Positions 52,253 through 55,199 of a stretch of DNA of 55,199 nt are shown in pieces. Source of the stretch: a virus (Duplodnaviria; Heunggongvirae; Uroviricota; Caudoviricetes); IMG/VR virus record IMGVR_UViG_3300037466_000352. One strand, written 5' to 3'. The first letter of the stretch is position 1; each line of letters starts with the position of its first letter. The translations under genes were made by a program, and so were the position numbers. The notes under the pieces were generated by a model. The model worked only from the letters and a program-made list of their open reading frames with translations, had not been told where the DNA came from and ran no database searches.

Positions 52253-52812
52253 TGAAGACATTCAAACAGTTCATCAGTGAACAAGAACATCCAATGATCG
52301 ATGTCGATGGTGTCATGAAGCACCGGAACAACAGCGAAGGCCGTCCGATTCATCCTACCGACGAAGGGATTCGTAACTTCCATCGTTGGTTTGGTGACAG
52401 CAAGGCGGTAGATCAGCACGGTAGGCCACAGGTCCACTATCACGCAACGGATGCAGATTTCACCAAGTTCAAACCATCTTGGCGCGGGATTATCTACACG
52501 GCCAAAACGCCGAAAGGCGCAGACGCGGGGACTGTCACTGGCAACGCGGCGCATTATCCGGTCTATCTAAAGGCCAACAAGATTCGCGGAGAAAAGGGTC
52601 CGGGCGTCTTCTATGGAGACGCAGAAAACAAGACATACCACGCCAAGATTCAGAAGGATGGGTTCGATGCCATCAAGGTTAGAGATGAAGCGGCGAAACA
52701 TGGTGGCACGATTGCGGTATTCCATCCGCACCAGATCAAGTCGGCAATTGGCAACAATGGAAACTTCTCGAAGGATTCCGAACACATCCACGAATCATAC
52801 GAGTTTGAATAA
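52252..52812 (+). CDS. Putative internal head protein: capsid-targeting N-terminus + ART-PolyVal-like ADP-ribosyltransferase domain
   Basis: MKTFKQFISE; F..WFGDSK.VD..GRP.V.YHAT...F..F...VYLK...GFDAI...VF.P.QIKSAIGN.G.FS. Confidence 0.7.
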   Translation: MKTFKQFISEQEHPMIDVDGVMKHRNNSEGRPIHPTDEGIRNFHRWFGDSKAVDQHGRPQVHYHATDADFTKFKPSWRGIIYTAKTPKGADAGTVTGNAAHYPVYLKANKIRGEKGPGVFYGDAENKTYHAKIQKDGFDAIKVRDEAAKHGGTIAVFHPHQIKSAIGNNGNFSKDSEHIHESYEFE

Positions 52813-53333
52813 TGAGTAACGATCTTACAGTCGCCGCACAACAGATGCAAAACGCGTTCAAGGACCTGGACGCAACCTTTGGTGTCGATGGTGATGCACC
52901 TGTGGTCCCGGTCGAACCACGTCAACTGATTGTGCAACCGATCATCGAAGACCGTCCTGTCAGTGTTGAAGATCGGCAAAACGACATCGCTGTTGTACGC
53001 GAGACATTGCATCGGGTCATGGGTAAGTCCGAAGATGCCTTGGACGTGATCCTGGCCCTGGCAAAACAATCAGAACATCCACGTGCTTTCGAAGTGGTTG
53101 GACAGATGGTGAAGAACGTCAGTGACGTGGCTTCACAGTTGATCGAACTACACAAGAAGGTCAAGGACATCGAGAAGCCAGTCGAATCAGCACGCGAAGC
53201 TGCACTGAATGGCGGTAACAACATCGGCGTTCAGAACAACGTCGTCTTCACAGGTACGGCTGAAGACCTGTTGGATGCAATGGAAGCGAAACGGGCGCAA
53301 GTGATTGACGTTCCGTTCATTGAGGAAGAATAA
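52812..53333 (+). CDS. gp16: Terminase small subunit
   Basis: SEHPRAFEVVGQM.K, QNNVVFTGT..DL motifs. Confidence 0.9.
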   Translation: MSNDLTVAAQQMQNAFKDLDATFGVDGDAPVVPVEPRQLIVQPIIEDRPVSVEDRQNDIAVVRETLHRVMGKSEDALDVILALAKQSEHPRAFEVVGQMVKNVSDVASQLIELHKKVKDIEKPVESAREAALNGGNNIGVQNNVVFTGTAEDLLDAMEAKRAQVIDVPFIEEE

Positions 53334-53341
53334 GGAAGTAC

Positions 53342-55039
53342 ATGGTTAAGCTAGTCCTACGCGACCACGTTCGGGGCAATAAGAAAATCCGCCCCGAAGG
53401 GTGGAAACACCCGTACACCGAATGGGAACTTGAAGAATTCCAACGATGTGCGTCTGATCCGATCTACTTCATCCGCAACTACGTCAAGATCATCTCTCTG
53501 GACCGAGGCATCATCAACTTTGATATGTTTGCGTTCCAAGAGAAGTACATCCGCATGTTGCTGGAAAATCGCAAGTCGATCTGTAAGTTGTTCCGTCAGG
53601 GCGGTAAGACTACCTGCACAGCAGCGGCGATTTGCTGGTACATCATCTTCAACAAGAACAAGAACGTCGCAGTGTTGGCAAACAAGTCCAAGGGTGCGCG
53701 GGAAATTCTTGCTCGTATCAAACTGATGTACGAAGAACTACCGCAATTCCTGAAACATGGTGTGCGGGAGTGGAATAAGGGTTTCATTCAGCTTGCGAAT
53801 GGTTCGAAGGTGACGGCAGATGCCACGTCTGCCAATGCTGCACGGGGTAGTTCGTTGAACTGGCTGTACCTGGACGAATATGCGTTCGTGGGCGGCAACA
53901 TTGCCGACGAATTCTTTACGTCTGTGTTCCCTACGTTGTCATCGGGTAATACGACCAAGATCAGTATCACGTCCACGCCTATTGGCTACAACCACTTCTG
54001 GAAGATGTGGGACGAAGCCGAGAAGGGCATCAATGGTTTCAAGACGTTCACGGCAGACTATTGGGAACGTCCTGGCTATGACGACGCATGGGCCGCTGAC
54101 CAACGTCGTGTGCTGGGTGATCTGAAGTTCCGTCAGGAAATCTTGATGGCCTTCCTTGGGTCATCGAACACACTGATCGCGGGTGACTACATCGCCAAGA
54201 TGACACCCTATGAGTACGTCTATCAGAAGGACAACCTGGACATTATCGAGAAGCCCGTTCCTGGTCATGTCTATGTGGCCGTGTGTGATACGTCGCGTGG
54301 TGTTGAGGGCGATAGTTCGGTCGTGACCATGATTGACATCACGGAAATTCCCTACAAGCTCGTTGCGAAGTATCGGTCCAACAAGATTCAGCCTATGTTG
54401 TTTCCGTCGATCATCCACAAGATGGCCGAGGACTACAACCAAGCGTATGTCCTGGTGGAAATCAATGACAACGGTCAGTCTGTCTCTGATGCACTGATGC
54501 ACGACATTGAGTACGAGAACCTACTGTGGATCAGCAAGGGCAAGACCGGTCAGGTCGTCACGTCTGGGTTTGGCCGTCAAGGCACAACTCAGTCTGGTGT
54601 TCGTACCGACAAGCTTGTCAAACGGGTTGGATGTTCGACACTAAAGGAACTGATCGAAGAGAACAAACTGTTGGTCAATGACCGAGAGTTCATTGCTGAG
54701 TTCAGTACCTTCACCGAAATTAAGGGCACATTCAAGGCCGACAACGGTTATCACGACGACCTCGTAATGACATTGGTGCTGTTTGCATGGCTGACAAAAT
54801 CACCATACTTCAAAGAACTCACTAACGTCAATCTTCGTACCACGATCTATCAACAACGGATCGATGAAATTGAAGCGAATCTCACTCCATTCGGTATTCG
54901 AGACAACCATCTGAATCAAGAACCGGAAGTTGAAGTGATTGATCGAGATGTCTGGCTGGTCGAGGACGCAGAACGAACGAAGTCGATTTTCGAACGCGCC
55001 ATGCAGATCAACGAATGGCCCGGTCTATGGGGTCGCTAA
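53342..55039 (+). CDS. gp17: Terminase large subunit
   Basis: E..RC..DP.YF..NY.KI, RQ.GKTT (Walker A), LYLDEYAF (Walker B), STP.GYNHF, DTSRG..GD.S, HDDLVM nuclease motifs. Confidence 0.97.
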   Translation: MVKLVLRDHVRGNKKIRPEGWKHPYTEWELEEFQRCASDPIYFIRNYVKIISLDRGIINFDMFAFQEKYIRMLLENRKSICKLFRQGGKTTCTAAAICWYIIFNKNKNVAVLANKSKGAREILARIKLMYEELPQFLKHGVREWNKGFIQLANGSKVTADATSANAARGSSLNWLYLDEYAFVGGNIADEFFTSVFPTLSSGNTTKISITSTPIGYNHFWKMWDEAEKGINGFKTFTADYWERPGYDDAWAADQRRVLGDLKFRQEILMAFLGSSNTLIAGDYIAKMTPYEYVYQKDNLDIIEKPVPGHVYVAVCDTSRGVEGDSSVVTMIDITEIPYKLVAKYRSNKIQPMLFPSIIHKMAEDYNQAYVLVEINDNGQSVSDALMHDIEYENLLWISKGKTGQVVTSGFGRQGTTQSGVRTDKLVKRVGCSTLKELIEENKLLVNDREFIAEFSTFTEIKGTFKADNGYHDDLVMTLVLFAWLTKSPYFKELTNVNLRTTIYQQRIDEIEANLTPFGIRDNHLNQEPEVEVIDRDVWLVEDAERTKSIFERAMQINEWPGLWGR

Positions 55040-55197
55040 GAAAGCTTCTCACACTTGAACCCTTTGTGTTGTCGTCCGATGCCGCGCGCAATTTGTGACA
55101 TCGGACCTTGTGAAAGACCATGTTCTTTACAGAATGTGTTCAAGTTTTGAACAGTTTCGACCTTACCACACGGAAACGTTATCTTCCACCAACGCGC
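55036..55197 (-). CDS. C-terminal fragment of a probable homing endonuclease (NUMOD1-like DNA-binding domain), 5'-truncated by the window edge
   Basis: Translated by hand: ARWWKITFPCGKVETVQNLNTFCKEHGLSQGPMSQIARGIGRQHKGFKCEKLS*; its stop overlaps the gp17 stop. Confidence 0.6.
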   Translation of the reverse strand, partial: ARWWKITFPCGKVETVQNLNTFCKEHGLSQGPMSQIARGIGRQHKGFKCEKLS

Positions 55198-55199
55198 GT

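Noticed and set aside
1-55199. tRNA, rRNA, CRISPR array, integrase, transposase, or stop-codon reassignment
   Set aside because: None seen by eye. All conserved T4-like genes read through intact in the standard code. A tRNAscan/Infernal run was not possible.

Overview
This 55.2-kb window is part of a T4-like (T4 superfamily) myophage genome of moderate GC content, read in the standard genetic code. It holds most of the virion-morphogenesis region: gp54/gp2/gp4, gp48, gp53, a gp27-like hub, a PAAR tip, gp5, gp25/6/7/8, a 2071-aa VrlC/DUF4815-like protein, at least seven fibre or receptor-binding proteins, gp13/14/15, gp16/17, and the 3' end of a homing-endonuclease-like gene. Three clusters of small early-type genes (1-4307 on +; 10469-12421 and 15956-22461 on -) have sigma70-type promoters and GGAG RBSs, and two of them interrupt the late module. 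Late operons have T4-type (C/GA)TAAATA promoters. Main leads: (1) an AsnB/PP-loop ligase + cupin + 2OG-Fe(II) oxygenase cassette directly behind a gp37/gp38-like Gly/Tyr/Asn-rich adhesin, a candidate tail-fibre modification system; (2) two ADP-ribosyltransferase-like proteins with T4 capsid-targeting N-termini, predicted to be injected; (3) a 12-bp TCCCAGACMTGT box in early promoters that also occurs in a RegB-like gene and beside a late promoter; (4) a gp5 spike with two different peptidoglycan hydrolases; (5) a 130-bp inverted repeat with GNA mini-hairpins, a candidate origin or structured element. No tRNA, rRNA, CRISPR array or reverse transcriptase was seen. All family calls are by-eye motif recognition, not database searches.
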